From a virus: a stretch of 64,000 nt of DNA. Positions 45,781-56,002 of this stretch are shown here, in pieces (within the stretch, counting starts at the first letter, position 1; the number at the start of each line of letters is the position of its first letter). The stretch spans positions 24,998 through 88,997 of the IMG/VR virus record IMGVR_UViG_3300020185_000025; one strand, 5' to 3'. Below the pieces are notes generated by a model. That model did not search any database and was not told where the DNA came from. It saw only the letters and a list, made by a program, of their open reading frames with translations. The translations under genes and the position numbers were made by a program.

Positions 45781-46479
45781 ATGAAAGTAAAACTGATTAG
45801 TCATAGTCAAGCACCTGCGATAGTAGGGTCTCCTTCAGAAGAATTAGATGGAGATAATTCTTTATTAGGTTTAGTTGCATATTGTGCACGAGTAAGTAAT
45901 CCTAGTAACCAAAACAATACAAAAACAAACAGTAAGCTTGTTAATTATTTAGTCAAGCATAAACATTGGTCACCTTTGGAAATGGTCAGTGTATGTTTAG
46001 AAGTAGAAACAACGAGAGATATTGCTCGACAATTATTAAGACATCGTAGTTTCTCCTTTCAGGAATTTAGTCAAAGATATGCAAACCCATTAGAAGATTT
46101 AGAAATGGAAGCACGTGAGGCAAGGTTTCAGGATCCAAAGAATAGACAAAACAGTATCGCAATTGATACAACAGATGAGTCACAAAGACGAATCAACGAA
46201 GAGTTTCGTATGAAGCAATTAGCACACATACGTCATTCAAAAGAATTATATAATTGGGCAATTGAGAAAGGCATCGCAAAGGAACAAGCGAGAGCCGTAT
46301 TACCAGAAGGAAATACAATTTCAAGGGTATACGTAAATGGTACACTACGATCTTGGATTCATTATATTGAATTAAGATCAGGCAACGGTACTCAACTAGA
46401 ACATATGGAAGTTGCACGAGCTTGCGCTGAAGTGATTACGAATATCTTTCCCTTAACCAAAGAATATGTACAAGAATAA
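45781..46479 (+). CDS. thyX: flavin-dependent thymidylate synthase
   Basis: HWSPLE, QLLRHRSFSFQEFSQRY, EQAR.VLP. Confidence 0.96.
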   Translation: MKVKLISHSQAPAIVGSPSEELDGDNSLLGLVAYCARVSNPSNQNNTKTNSKLVNYLVKHKHWSPLEMVSVCLEVETTRDIARQLLRHRSFSFQEFSQRYANPLEDLEMEAREARFQDPKNRQNSIAIDTTDESQRRINEEFRMKQLAHIRHSKELYNWAIEKGIAKEQARAVLPEGNTISRVYVNGTLRSWIHYIELRSGNGTQLEHMEVARACAEVITNIFPLTKEYVQE

Positions 46480-46493
46480 CAACGGAGCGAAGA

Positions 46494-48281
46494 ATGCAAC
46501 ATTTAGGAATTGAAATCCAAACAGGTAGAGATAAAAAATTAGGGGAACAGTCGTTTAAATTATTAAAGGATTATTATTGTAGAGATGATGAAAGATCTCC
46601 CCAAATGGCTTATGCTCGAGCAGCGGTTGCGTTCTGCGGTGGTAATTTAAAACTTGCACAGAGAATATATGATTATGTTTCACAAGGGTGGTTTATGTAT
46701 TCTTCTCCTGTGCTTTCTAATGCAGTGATTAAAGGAGAGAAAGCAAAAGCATTACCTATTAGTTGTTTCTTAACTTATGTACCTGATACTCTTGATGGAT
46801 TAATTGACCATACAGCAGAGTTAAGATGGTTATCTGTTAAAGGTGGTGGAGTAGGTGGTCATTGGTCAGACATTCGTGCTGTATCTAAAAAGGCTCCAGG
46901 TCCTATGCCATTCCTACATACAGTTGATGCTGATATGGTTGCATATAGACAAGGACGAACAAGAAAAGGTTCTTATGCAGCTTATATGGATATTGACCAT
47001 CCGGATATTGTAGAATTTATTAATATGCGTATTCCAACAGGAGACGTAAACAGAAAGAATTTAAACCTTCATCATGCCGTTAATTTGACTGATAAGTTTA
47101 TGGAAGCAGTACGTGACGGCAAGCAATGGGGTTTATTAGATCCTAATGATAAAACAGTTCGTGAAATGACTGATGCTCGTAAACTATGGGAACTTATATT
47201 AGAAACAAGGTACCGAACAGGTGAACCTTATGTTAACTTTATTGATACTGCTAATGCAGCATTGCCTCAAGCTCAAAAGGATTTAGGTTTATCAATTAAA
47301 GGATCTAATCTATGTAATGAAATACACCTCGTGACCAATGAAGAAAGAACCGCCGTATGTTGTTTATCTTCAGTCAATTTAGAAATGTATGACGAATGGA
47401 AAGATACAAATATGGTTAAAGACCTTATCGTATTCTTAGACAATGTATTACAGTTCTTTATTGATAATGCAGGTGATGAAATTAGTAAAGCAAGATACTC
47501 TGCTCAACAAGAAAGATCTTTAGGTCTTGGAGCAATGGGATTACATTCTTATTTTCAAAGACATTCAATTGCATTTGAGAGTAGTGAAGCCATTGAAGCA
47601 AATGAAGAGATCTTTACATCTATTAAACAAAAGGCAGTTGAAGCAACTGAAGAAATGGGTAAACGTCGTGGTGAAGCACCAGATATGAAAGGCACAGGAC
47701 GTCGTAATGCTCATATGTTAGCAATTGCTCCAAATGCAAACAGTTCAATGATTGTAGATACCTCACCAAGTATTGAACCTTGGAAGGCTAACGCATTTAC
47801 ATCAAGAACAAGGGTGGGAAGCCACCTAAATAAAAATCCATATCTTAAAAAGGTATTGGAATCCAAAGGCAAAGATACAGACGAAGTATGGTCAACTATT
47901 ATTACAAATGGTGGCTCAGTTCAGCATTTAGAGTTTCTAGATGATCATGTAAAGAATGTTTTCAAGACAGCAATAGAATTGAATCAACTCGCATTGATTA
48001 AGCTAGCAGGAGACCGACAAAAGTTTTTATGCCAAGGACAATCCCTTAACATCTTTTTCCCCGCAGGAGCTGATAAGAGGTACTTACATACTGTACACTA
48101 TCAAGCATGGGCTCAAGGATGTAAAGGTTTATATTATTTAAGAACAGAATCTTCTAACAAAGCCGAAAACGTTTCGCAGAAAGTCGAACGTGAAAAGTTA
48201 GATGACATTATTAACCCCAACGCAGTACAATTTGGTAAATCAGAAGAGGAACAAGATGAATGCGTAGCATGCCAAGGATAA
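46494..48281 (+). CDS. nrdA: class I ribonucleotide reductase large subunit (short, no ATP cone)
   Basis: PISCF, GSNLCNE, VCCLSS, IAPNANSS, LYY, C-terminal CVAC. Confidence 0.95.
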   Translation: MQHLGIEIQTGRDKKLGEQSFKLLKDYYCRDDERSPQMAYARAAVAFCGGNLKLAQRIYDYVSQGWFMYSSPVLSNAVIKGEKAKALPISCFLTYVPDTLDGLIDHTAELRWLSVKGGGVGGHWSDIRAVSKKAPGPMPFLHTVDADMVAYRQGRTRKGSYAAYMDIDHPDIVEFINMRIPTGDVNRKNLNLHHAVNLTDKFMEAVRDGKQWGLLDPNDKTVREMTDARKLWELILETRYRTGEPYVNFIDTANAALPQAQKDLGLSIKGSNLCNEIHLVTNEERTAVCCLSSVNLEMYDEWKDTNMVKDLIVFLDNVLQFFIDNAGDEISKARYSAQQERSLGLGAMGLHSYFQRHSIAFESSEAIEANEEIFTSIKQKAVEATEEMGKRRGEAPDMKGTGRRNAHMLAIAPNANSSMIVDTSPSIEPWKANAFTSRTRVGSHLNKNPYLKKVLESKGKDTDEVWSTIITNGGSVQHLEFLDDHVKNVFKTAIELNQLALIKLAGDRQKFLCQGQSLNIFFPAGADKRYLHTVHYQAWAQGCKGLYYLRTESSNKAENVSQKVEREKLDDIINPNAVQFGKSEEEQDECVACQG

Positions 48282-48286
48282 ACGAA

Positions 48287-49495
48287 ATGGAAGTTTTAAT
48301 TTATACGAAATCCAATTGCCCTTTTTGCGAAAAGGCAAAGGCCTGGTTCAATCAACACGGGATTGGATTCACTCAGGTAGTATTAGACGATGAGGAGCAA
48401 AGACTTGCTTTTTATCAACGAGTGTCTAACGGTAAGGAAGTAAGATCCGTACCGCAGATCTATATTAACGACGAACACATAGGTACGTATAACGACCTAA
48501 TGAAAATAACAGACAAGCTAGTGAAAAAGCAAGGTGGACTTTTAGAATTTTCTGAAACCTACAAACCTTTTCATTATCCTTGGGCTGTTGAAATTACAAC
48601 AAGACATGAGAAAGCTCATTGGATCGAAGATGAACTTGATTTGTCTGAAGATGTTGCTGATTGGAAAGGTGGTAAAGTTACTCAAGTAGAGAAAGACTAT
48701 ATTACAAATATCTTACGACTGTTTACTCAATCAGATGTTGCTGTCGGTCAGAACTATTACGATCAGTTTATTCCTAAGTTTAAGAATAACGAAATCCGTA
48801 ATATGTTAGGATCATTTGCAGCAAGAGAAGGTATTCATCAACGTGCTTATGCGTTATTGAATGAAACATTAGGTTTATCAGATGCTGAATACCATGCCTT
48901 CTTGGAATATTCTGAAATGGCAGATAAGATTGAATATATGCGTAAGGCAGATACAAATACTTTACGTGGTTTAGGATTGTCATTAGCCAAATCTGTATTC
49001 AACGAAGGTGTTGCTTTATTTGCTTCTTTCGTTATGTTACTTAACTTTCAACGTTTCGGTAAAATGAAAGGTATGGGTAAAGTAGTAGAGTGGTCAATTC
49101 GTGATGAAAGTATTCACGTTGAAGGCAACTCAAAATTATTTAAAGCGTTTGTGAAAGAACATAGTCGTGTTGTAGACGATGAGTTTAAAAAGGAAATCTA
49201 TGAAATGTCAAAAGACATTGTAGATCTCGAAGAAAAATTCATTGATCTTGCATATCAAATGGGAAGTATCGAAGGCCTGGAGAAATCTGAAGTAAAAGAA
49301 TATATAAAATATATAACAGACAGAAGATTATTACAGTTAGGCATGAAACCAAATTTCAAGGTAAAGGAAAATCCACTACCTTGGTTGGAATGGGTACTCA
49401 ACGGTGCTGACCATACAAACTTCTTCGAAAATCGCGTAACCGAATATGAGGTTGCTGGTTTAGAAGGATCCTGGGATGATGCCTACGCAGCTTAA
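48287..49495 (+). CDS. nrdB: glutaredoxin-fused ribonucleotide reductase small subunit
   Basis: CPFC..SVPQI Grx domain; FTQSD, E.IH..AY, RDESIH, NFFE.RV.EY. Confidence 0.95.
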   Translation: MEVLIYTKSNCPFCEKAKAWFNQHGIGFTQVVLDDEEQRLAFYQRVSNGKEVRSVPQIYINDEHIGTYNDLMKITDKLVKKQGGLLEFSETYKPFHYPWAVEITTRHEKAHWIEDELDLSEDVADWKGGKVTQVEKDYITNILRLFTQSDVAVGQNYYDQFIPKFKNNEIRNMLGSFAAREGIHQRAYALLNETLGLSDAEYHAFLEYSEMADKIEYMRKADTNTLRGLGLSLAKSVFNEGVALFASFVMLLNFQRFGKMKGMGKVVEWSIRDESIHVEGNSKLFKAFVKEHSRVVDDEFKKEIYEMSKDIVDLEEKFIDLAYQMGSIEGLEKSEVKEYIKYITDRRLLQLGMKPNFKVKENPLPWLEWVLNGADHTNFFENRVTEYEVAGLEGSWDDAYAA

Positions 49496-49504
49496 GGCGT
49501 AGAT

Positions 49505-50707
49505 ATGATAAACAAACAACCTTTCCATAAGGTAATTGATACATTAAAGGAAGAAGGGAAATACAGGACCTTTAACGATATAGTTCGTGATAAAGGAAAC
49601 TTTCCAAAGGCAACTTGGTATTCTCCTTACTCTCCAAAGACAATTGTCAATTGGTGCTCAAATGATTATTTGGGAATGGGACAAAATAAGTATGTAATTG
49701 ACGCAATGCAAACTGCGTTATTGAAAACAGGAAGTGGTAGTGGGGGTACTCGCAATATTGGCGGTACCTCTCATTATCATGTTACTCTTGAAAGTGTTAT
49801 AGCAAAATTACATCAAAAAGAAAGCGGTCTATTATTTACTTCAGCATATGTTGCTAATGAATGGACACTTATTGCTTTATCTCGTATCATACCAGATATC
49901 TGTTTTATTTCCGATAATAAAAATCATGCTTCAATGATTATGGGTGTTAAACATAGTCGTGCTGATAAAATAATTTGGAAGCATAATGATATGGCAGACC
50001 TTGAGCTTGCTTTACAAACGGCACAAGCAAATGGTAAAGTTCCATGTATTGTGTTTGAATCAGTATATAGTATGGATGGAGATGTTGCACCAATCGAACA
50101 AATATGTGATCTTGCCGATGCTTATGGAGCAATGACATATATTGATGAAGTACATGCCGTTGGATTATACGGTGAAACTGGCGCAGGATATTGCGAAAAG
50201 CTTGGATTAGAAAATAGGGTAGATATTTTAAATGGAACTTTGGGAAAAGCGTTTGGTTGCCATGGAGGTTATATTGCTGGTGATAGTATTGTTCTTGATG
50301 CTATACGATCAGTCGCAAGTGGATTTATTTTTACAACAAGTATGTCACCTGTTATGGCTGCAGGCGCAATTGCCTCCATACGGTATCTATCCGATCATAA
50401 CGATTTAAGAGAAACACATCAAGAACGTGCTCTTACTTTAAGAATGATGTTAATGGAAGAAGGTATAGAATTACACGAAAACAGTTGCACTCATATATTG
50501 CCTGTCATGGTAAGAGATGCAAAGAAATGTAAACTAATGTCAGATAGGTTACTGAACGAACATGGATTATATGTGCAACCAATTAATTATCCAACAGTCG
50601 ATGTTGGTAAAGAACGACTTAGAATTACACCTACTCCCTTACATACTAATGGTATGATGGAAGAACTTTTAGTTGGTCTTAAAGATTCGTTTGCACACTA
50701 TAAATAA
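49505..50707 (+). CDS. hemA: 5-aminolevulinate synthase (C4/Shemin pathway)
   Basis: [46 protein letters not shown] (PLP Lys), INYPTV. Confidence 0.93.
   Translation: MINKQPFHKVIDTLKEEGKYRTFNDIVRDKGNFPKATWYSPYSPKTIVNWCSNDYLGMGQNKYVIDAMQTALLKTGSGSGGTRNIGGTSHYHVTLESVIAKLHQKESGLLFTSAYVANEWTLIALSRIIPDICFISDNKNHASMIMGVKHSRADKIIWKHNDMADLELALQTAQANGKVPCIVFESVYSMDGDVAPIEQICDLADAYGAMTYIDEVHAVGLYGETGAGYCEKLGLENRVDILNGTLGKAFGCHGGYIAGDSIVLDAIRSVASGFIFTTSMSPVMAAGAIASIRYLSDHNDLRETHQERALTLRMMLMEEGIELHENSCTHILPVMVRDAKKCKLMSDRLLNEHGLYVQPINYPTVDVGKERLRITPTPLHTNGMMEELLVGLKDSFAHYK
50699..50706 (+). promoter_or_regulatory. T4-type late promoter
   Basis: TATAAATA 10 nt before ATG 50716. Confidence 0.6.
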
Positions 50708-50715
50708 ATAATATT

Positions 50716-51591
50716 ATGAAATGGTTAACTTTATTCACATCCCTTACTTTAGCATCTACGGCTGCCTATTTTAGTATTGTCGGTTTAATGACAATCTTTA
50801 GTGGTGCTGCTATAGGAATTGCTATTATGGCAACAGTGCTAGAGTTTGGTAAGCTTGTTTCAGCAGCATGGTTGCATTACGAATGGGATCGTATTAATAA
50901 TTTAGTACGAGGTTATTTTACAGCAGCAGTACTTGTCTTAATGTTGATTACTTCAATGGGTATCTTTGGATTCCTTTCTAAAGCTCATATTGATTCAGCA
51001 TTAGTCGGAGATAGTTATTCTCTCGAAGCAAGTATTATAGATACAAGAATCCAAGCAGAACAATCTAAACTCAAAGCAGCACAAGATCGAATCGAAGGAT
51101 TGGATTATGTACTTGAGACATCTCGACCACAAGATCGTAATTATGTTAATGGTCGTCAAACAGAAGAAAGAAATAATTTAGCAATAACTATTGACAATGC
51201 AGTAGTAAATATTGTAAAATATAACGAACAGAAGTTACCAATACAAAGAATGCAATTGGACCAGGAAGCAGAACTCGGTCCTATTAAATATATCGCTGAT
51301 ATGATCTACGGATCTCAGGCAACAGAATATTATGACAATGCTGTTAGATGGGTAATACTTATAATCATATTTGTATTTGATCCTTTGGCAATAATGTTAT
51401 TAATTGTAAGTACGGCAGCATTTAAACGCGAGCGCGAAATTCCTACTAAACCATTAGTTGATAATAGTCAAATTATGAACATGGAAATAAAAGAAAAAGA
51501 CAGCGGATTAGAAACTGTAGAAATTCAACCAACAAAAAGTGGACTGGTTAAGAAAGGTTTAACCACCACATTAAAACGTAGGAAAATATAA
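50716..51591 (+). CDS. multi-TM membrane protein with coiled coil
   Basis: 3 N-terminal TMs, LE.GKLV, GIFGFLSKAH, IFVFDPLA. Confidence 0.8.
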   Translation: MKWLTLFTSLTLASTAAYFSIVGLMTIFSGAAIGIAIMATVLEFGKLVSAAWLHYEWDRINNLVRGYFTAAVLVLMLITSMGIFGFLSKAHIDSALVGDSYSLEASIIDTRIQAEQSKLKAAQDRIEGLDYVLETSRPQDRNYVNGRQTEERNNLAITIDNAVVNIVKYNEQKLPIQRMQLDQEAELGPIKYIADMIYGSQATEYYDNAVRWVILIIIFVFDPLAIMLLIVSTAAFKREREIPTKPLVDNSQIMNMEIKEKDSGLETVEIQPTKSGLVKKGLTTTLKRRKI

Positions 51592-51854
51592 TGAGTATTA
51601 AAATGATAGGTGAGCAGGTGTTAGTAGCAGCTGCACCAAAAGAACAAACAACCGCAGGTGGAATTATATTAGCATCTGAAGTAAAACAAACAGCATCAGA
51701 GCCTGGTGTTATATTAGCAGTAGGTGGGGATGTAACACATTTAGCCAAAGGTGATACAGTATATCTATCTTGGGATAAATCAATGCCTGTAAGAATACAG
51801 GGACAAGACGCTGTCATTGTGGCAGCAGAACATATTAAGGCAGTAATATCGTGA
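51591..51854 (+). CDS. groES: co-chaperonin GroES-like
   Basis: EQTTAGGIIL mobile loop, G.ILAVG, GD.V. Confidence 0.85.
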   Translation: MSIKMIGEQVLVAAAPKEQTTAGGIILASEVKQTASEPGVILAVGGDVTHLAKGDTVYLSWDKSMPVRIQGQDAVIVAAEHIKAVIS

Positions 51855-52267
51855 ATATGAAAAAAGTAATGTGGGGTGGATTAGGTTTCCTTTCATTAGG
51901 GGTTGCTTATATTGGAGTTATCTTACCAGGTATTCCTTTTAGTATTCCTGCTGTATTCGCAGCTTATTGTTTCGCAAAGAGTTCAGATAGAATGCACAAT
52001 TGGTTATACAGTCATAAACTGTTTGGACCATTCTTAACGAACTGGGAAACAAAGAAAGTATTTCCACAAAAGGCAAAGTATATGATGTTAGCATTTATGG
52101 CATTTGCTTTATTGTGTATGATTATATTTACAGGAAATTGGAAAGCAGTTGCATACTCAGGAACCTTTATGGCTCTAGGTGCAGCATGGGGTTGGAGATA
52201 TCCTTCAACACCAGAAGAATATGACCGTCGTAAAGCGGCGGGAGAAAAGATAGGTTTATTTAAATAA
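51851..52267 (+). CDS. YbaN/DUF454 inner-membrane protein
   Basis: IG.ILPGIP...AAYCFAKSS.R.H.WL..H.LFGP...NW. Confidence 0.85.
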   Translation: MNMKKVMWGGLGFLSLGVAYIGVILPGIPFSIPAVFAAYCFAKSSDRMHNWLYSHKLFGPFLTNWETKKVFPQKAKYMMLAFMAFALLCMIIFTGNWKAVAYSGTFMALGAAWGWRYPSTPEEYDRRKAAGEKIGLFK

Positions 52268-52275
52268 ATAAAGTT

Positions 52276-52563
52276 ATGGATGTTAATGATAAAGACGAGC
52301 TGCCATTTGATAAAGATGGCAACATCGATTACCATAAGTGGATGCAGTTTAATATGTTCATAAGAAAGTTGAACGTTATGCATCACGTAGCTCAGCAAGA
52401 ACAGTTTGCTAAAGAACAACAAGCATGGCTTGAAAGAAGAAATGAAATGTTGTGTGATTTAGATATTATTGATAAAGTAGTTGATATGATGGATGATTAT
52501 CCTGAAGCTGAATTCATATTACATAAAATTCAAAGAAGGTTAGATAATGACAAAAAGTACTGA
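52276..52563 (+). CDS. hypothetical protein
   Basis: 95-aa ORF. Confidence 0.6.
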   Translation: MDVNDKDELPFDKDGNIDYHKWMQFNMFIRKLNVMHHVAQQEQFAKEQQAWLERRNEMLCDLDIIDKVVDMMDDYPEAEFILHKIQRRLDNDKKY

Positions 52564-52726
52564 AGAAAAGATTTTACAAGTGGTAAATTTATCTCCAAGC
52601 GAAAGCTGGGTTGAAAGGATTGTAGAAATACATCCAATGAAACAAGTCTTCTATGCTTCTATATTACAAGCATTAGTATTTGGTTCAATGTTATTATCGT
52701 TTTTTGCTATTAATCAATTTGTATAG
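52547..52726 (+). CDS. 59-aa single-TM protein
   Basis: Not in track; MTKSTEEKILQVVNLSPSESWVERIVEIHPMKQVFYASILQALVFGSMLLSFFAINQFV. Confidence 0.6.
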   Translation: MTKSTEEKILQVVNLSPSESWVERIVEIHPMKQVFYASILQALVFGSMLLSFFAINQFV

Positions 52727-52738
52727 GAGTATTATATT

Positions 52739-52921
52739 ATGCCAAAGATATATGAAAGTCCTGATAGAGGACAAACAGTTTATGAAAGGGAAATGGGCGC
52801 CCCAATTGAGACACGTCGTCAAATTAAACCGAGCGCCGTAGAGGATGCAGCCGATGCAATGGCAAGGTCAGCCTACAACGATAGAGTACGTAGAGAAGGG
52901 AAAGGACTTCACCTACGGTAA
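52739..52921 (+). CDS. hypothetical protein
   Basis: AGGAG RBS; IYESPD.G.TVY.R. Confidence 0.7.
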   Translation: MPKIYESPDRGQTVYEREMGAPIETRRQIKPSAVEDAADAMARSAYNDRVRREGKGLHLR

Positions 52922-52997
52922 AGAAATGTTATTAGCATGCTCATTAGGTCTCAATGTTGGGTTCCTAATAGCATTATTATTTTTATAGGAAAAGAAA

Positions 52998-53324
52998 ATG
53001 AAAAATGATTATGTAGTGGTAGATACCGTATCAATATTCAAACAAAGATACATCATACCTCGTGAAGAATTAAAAAAGATGAATGAGGATGTAACTTTCT
53101 CTGATACACACGCAAAGCAATGGGCTCATGAATCCGTTGAATGTGAAGAAGTAAAAGAATTCTCTCAGCGGTGGTTGGGTGAACAGGTTACTAATATAGA
53201 TTTTGCTGATACTGAAAAAGTACTTAGATTATTCAAAGATGATAATGAAGAATTATCTAAAGAATGGTCGCAGGCAAAACAACTTGACTTCATTAACGAT
53301 TGGAAAGATAAAACTCCAAAGTAA
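52998..53324 (+). CDS. hypothetical protein
   Basis: V.TVS.F..RY, EFSQ..LGE. Confidence 0.7.
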   Translation: MKNDYVVVDTVSIFKQRYIIPREELKKMNEDVTFSDTHAKQWAHESVECEEVKEFSQRWLGEQVTNIDFADTEKVLRLFKDDNEELSKEWSQAKQLDFINDWKDKTPK

Positions 53325-53567
53325 ATGATATACATCTATGGTACCAAGTCTTGTCAATTCTGTGACAAGGCAAAAGAGAAAGCAATTGATTTCTACGGTG
53401 AGTATAAATTCCTTGACATTGGACTCACTTTGTATTATAATAGATTGAAAGAATTAAATGTAAGTACGAACGTATTACCGCAAATCTTTGAAGATGATCG
53501 GTACATCGGTACTTTTTACCACTTCGTAAAGGAGTGTCAATATAAAATGAGTGAGGACTTAGAGTAA
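53325..53567 (+). CDS. glutaredoxin-like protein
   Basis: IYG..CQFC..AK, VLPQIF..YIG. Confidence 0.75.
   Translation: MIYIYGTKSCQFCDKAKEKAIDFYGEYKFLDIGLTLYYNRLKELNVSTNVLPQIFEDDRYIGTFYHFVKECQYKMSEDLE
53413..53441 (+). promoter_or_regulatory. sigma70-type promoter for glyA (inside grx)
   Basis: TTGACA-N17-TATAAT. Confidence 0.7.
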
Positions 53568-53570
53568 ACA

Positions 53571-54731
53571 ATGTTAGATGAAAGAATCAATAAAATATAT
53601 CAAAAAGAATTATCACGCCAAAAACTAACCACAGAATTAATTGCGTCAGAAAACTTTGCTTCAAAAGCAGTGATGAAATTATGTGGTTCAGAATTTACAA
53701 ACAAATATGCAGAAGGCTATCCAGGAGCACGTTATTATAACGGCTGCGAATTTATGGATGAAGTTGAATCATTAGCAATTGACCAACTAAAAGAATTATA
53801 TGGTTGTGAATTTGCGAATGTTCAACCACATAGTGGAGCCAATGCAAACCTTGCTGTATATAAAGCGTTCTTAACACCAGGAGATACAATCCTCGGAATG
53901 GATTTAGCAAGCGGTGGACATTTAACTCATGGAGCTCCAGTTACGATTTCAGGTAAATGGTTTAATGCTCATACTTATGGTGTTGATGAAAACGGTTTAA
54001 TTGATTATGAAGAAGTAGCCAGGTTAGCTCAAGAACATAAACCTGATATGATCGTTGCTGGTGCAAGTGCATATCCAAGACAAATTGATTGGGTAAAGTT
54101 TAGAGCAATTGCTGATTCGGTAGGTGCATTACTTATGGTTGATATGGCTCACTATTCTGGTTTGATTGCCGGTGGTGTATATGACAATCCTGTACCTTAT
54201 GCAGATGTCGTTACTTCTACAACTCATAAAACATTACGTGGTCCTCGTGGTGGAATTATATTATGGAACAATCCTGACTATACAAGAAAGCTCAATGGAG
54301 CAATCTTTCCAGGTACTCAAGGTGGTCCATTAATGAATATCATTGCTGCTAAAGCTCAAGCATTTGTTGAAGCAAGCGAACCATCATTTAAAGACTATTC
54401 AAGAAAAGTAATTGAAAATGCAAAAGCATTGGCAAAAGTACTTAACGATAGTAAAACATTATCAGTATTAACAGGTGGTACTGATTCTCATATTATATTA
54501 GTTAGTTTAGTTGATTCCGAATTAAGTGGAAGAGAAGCTGCTGATATCTTAGAGAAACATAGAATCACTGTAAACAAAAATGGTATTCCTAACGATCCTC
54601 GAAACTTCAAAGAGACAAGTGGAATTCGTATTGGTACAGCCGCAGAAACAACTCGTGGCAAAACTAAAACTGAATGGGAAGAGTTAGGACATCAAATCGT
54701 TTCTATCTTAGAGGATCCAACTCAATGGTAG
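53571..54731 (+). CDS. glyA: serine hydroxymethyltransferase
   Basis: [49 protein letters not shown]. Confidence 0.97.
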   Translation: MLDERINKIYQKELSRQKLTTELIASENFASKAVMKLCGSEFTNKYAEGYPGARYYNGCEFMDEVESLAIDQLKELYGCEFANVQPHSGANANLAVYKAFLTPGDTILGMDLASGGHLTHGAPVTISGKWFNAHTYGVDENGLIDYEEVARLAQEHKPDMIVAGASAYPRQIDWVKFRAIADSVGALLMVDMAHYSGLIAGGVYDNPVPYADVVTSTTHKTLRGPRGGIILWNNPDYTRKLNGAIFPGTQGGPLMNIIAAKAQAFVEASEPSFKDYSRKVIENAKALAKVLNDSKTLSVLTGGTDSHIILVSLVDSELSGREAADILEKHRITVNKNGIPNDPRNFKETSGIRIGTAAETTRGKTKTEWEELGHQIVSILEDPTQW

Positions 54732-54913
54732 AGAATCTTGGATTAATTATTGGAATAGGTTGTGTAATGATATGTCCAATGGTATTTGGTGGAATTACTT
54801 TTTATTATAGTTTAAAAAATTCAGGATGAAATACAACAGATTAGCCTCAGCAGCATACGGTGAAGGTCGTAGATATTTTAAATGGTGGCTAACAGTTTGG
54901 TGTCGTAGAAATG

Positions 54914-54921
54914 TATAAATA
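54914..54921 (+). promoter_or_regulatory. T4-type late promoter for iscU
   Basis: TATAAATA 6 nt before the iscU ATG. Confidence 0.7.
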
Positions 54922-54927
54922 TACTCT

Positions 54928-55371
54928 ATGGCCTATTCTAAAAAAGTACTCGACAGATTCGAAGCAGTAACTAATAATCCTCAAGCTCATGGCGTTGGTA
55001 GGTTTGATCCTAACGACCCCAATGTGGCAACAGGAATGACAGGTGCACCTGCTTGTGGAGATGTTATGAAACTCGATCTCAAATTAAATCCTGAGACCGA
55101 AGAAATCATTGATGTCAAATTTAAAACTTATGGTTGCGGTTCAGCAATCGCAAGTTCATCAATGTTTGTTGAAATGTTAGTGGGTAAAACAATAGAAGAA
55201 GCAAAATTAATTAAAGATAGTGAAATTGCTCAAGCTTTAGAATTACCCTCAATTAAAATACATTGTAGTGTATTGGCCGAAGATAGTATTAAAAAGGCTA
55301 TCGAAGATTGGGAAGAAAAGAAAGCAGGCCGAAATGAGTCGTGGATCGAACGACATACTAAGAGGACATAA
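54928..55371 (+). CDS. iscU: Fe-S cluster scaffold IscU
   Basis: MAYS.KV, GAPACGDVM, KFKTYGCGSAIASSS, LP..KIHCSVLAED. Confidence 0.95.
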   Translation: MAYSKKVLDRFEAVTNNPQAHGVGRFDPNDPNVATGMTGAPACGDVMKLDLKLNPETEEIIDVKFKTYGCGSAIASSSMFVEMLVGKTIEEAKLIKDSEIAQALELPSIKIHCSVLAEDSIKKAIEDWEEKKAGRNESWIERHTKRT

Positions 55372-55373
55372 CA

Positions 55374-55856
55374 ATGTATGAATATAGAACAAATTTATTA
55401 AAAGTCGTTGATGGTGATACAGTAGATGTAGACATCGATTTAGGCTTTGGAATCTGGTTAAGAAACGAAAGAGTTCGTATCATGGGTATTGATACACCAG
55501 AAAGTAGAACAAGAAACAAAGTAGAAAAGTTATTTGGTAAAGCTGCAGGCAAACGTTTAAAAGAACTGTTAGGTAAATCACCAGTCTTGAAAACTCAAGT
55601 TGCTAGAGATGGTGAAGATATGAAAGGCAAGTTCGGTCGTATCCTTGGAGACTTTGATGTATATTGCCCAACAACAGATTCATGGAGACCAGTAACAGAA
55701 GTCATGTCTTCAGAAGGTCATTGTGTACCTTACACAGGTGGATCTAAAGAAGATACTCTTTCTGCTCATTTAGTCAATAGACAAAAGTTATTAGAGTCAG
55801 GATATGTTGATAGAAAGGCATATGACAAATTAATGGCAACAGGCAAGTATAGTTGA
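55374..55856 (+). CDS. SNase/thermonuclease-like protein
   Basis: KVVDGDT, R..GIDTPE, KFGRIL. Confidence 0.85.
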   Translation: MYEYRTNLLKVVDGDTVDVDIDLGFGIWLRNERVRIMGIDTPESRTRNKVEKLFGKAAGKRLKELLGKSPVLKTQVARDGEDMKGKFGRILGDFDVYCPTTDSWRPVTEVMSSEGHCVPYTGGSKEDTLSAHLVNRQKLLESGYVDRKAYDKLMATGKYS

Positions 55857-55881
55857 CATACATTCAGTTCTCAATTATAAT
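55853..55881 (+). promoter_or_regulatory. sigma70-type promoter
   Basis: TTGACA-N17-TATAAT. Confidence 0.7.
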
Positions 55882-55967
55882 GCTATTTCTTATACCTGTA
55901 GCAACCTGGTATGCTGCCGTATGGTTGACCGACTATTTTGACGGTAAAAAATAAATGAAAATAACTA

Positions 55968-55996
55968 TTGACATTTAGTACAAACTAAGTTATAAT
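55968..55996 (+). promoter_or_regulatory. sigma70-type promoter, leaderless start of rpsU
   Basis: TTGACA-N17-TATAAT; ATG 6 nt after -10. Confidence 0.85.
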
Positions 55997-56002
55997 ATAC
56001 AA

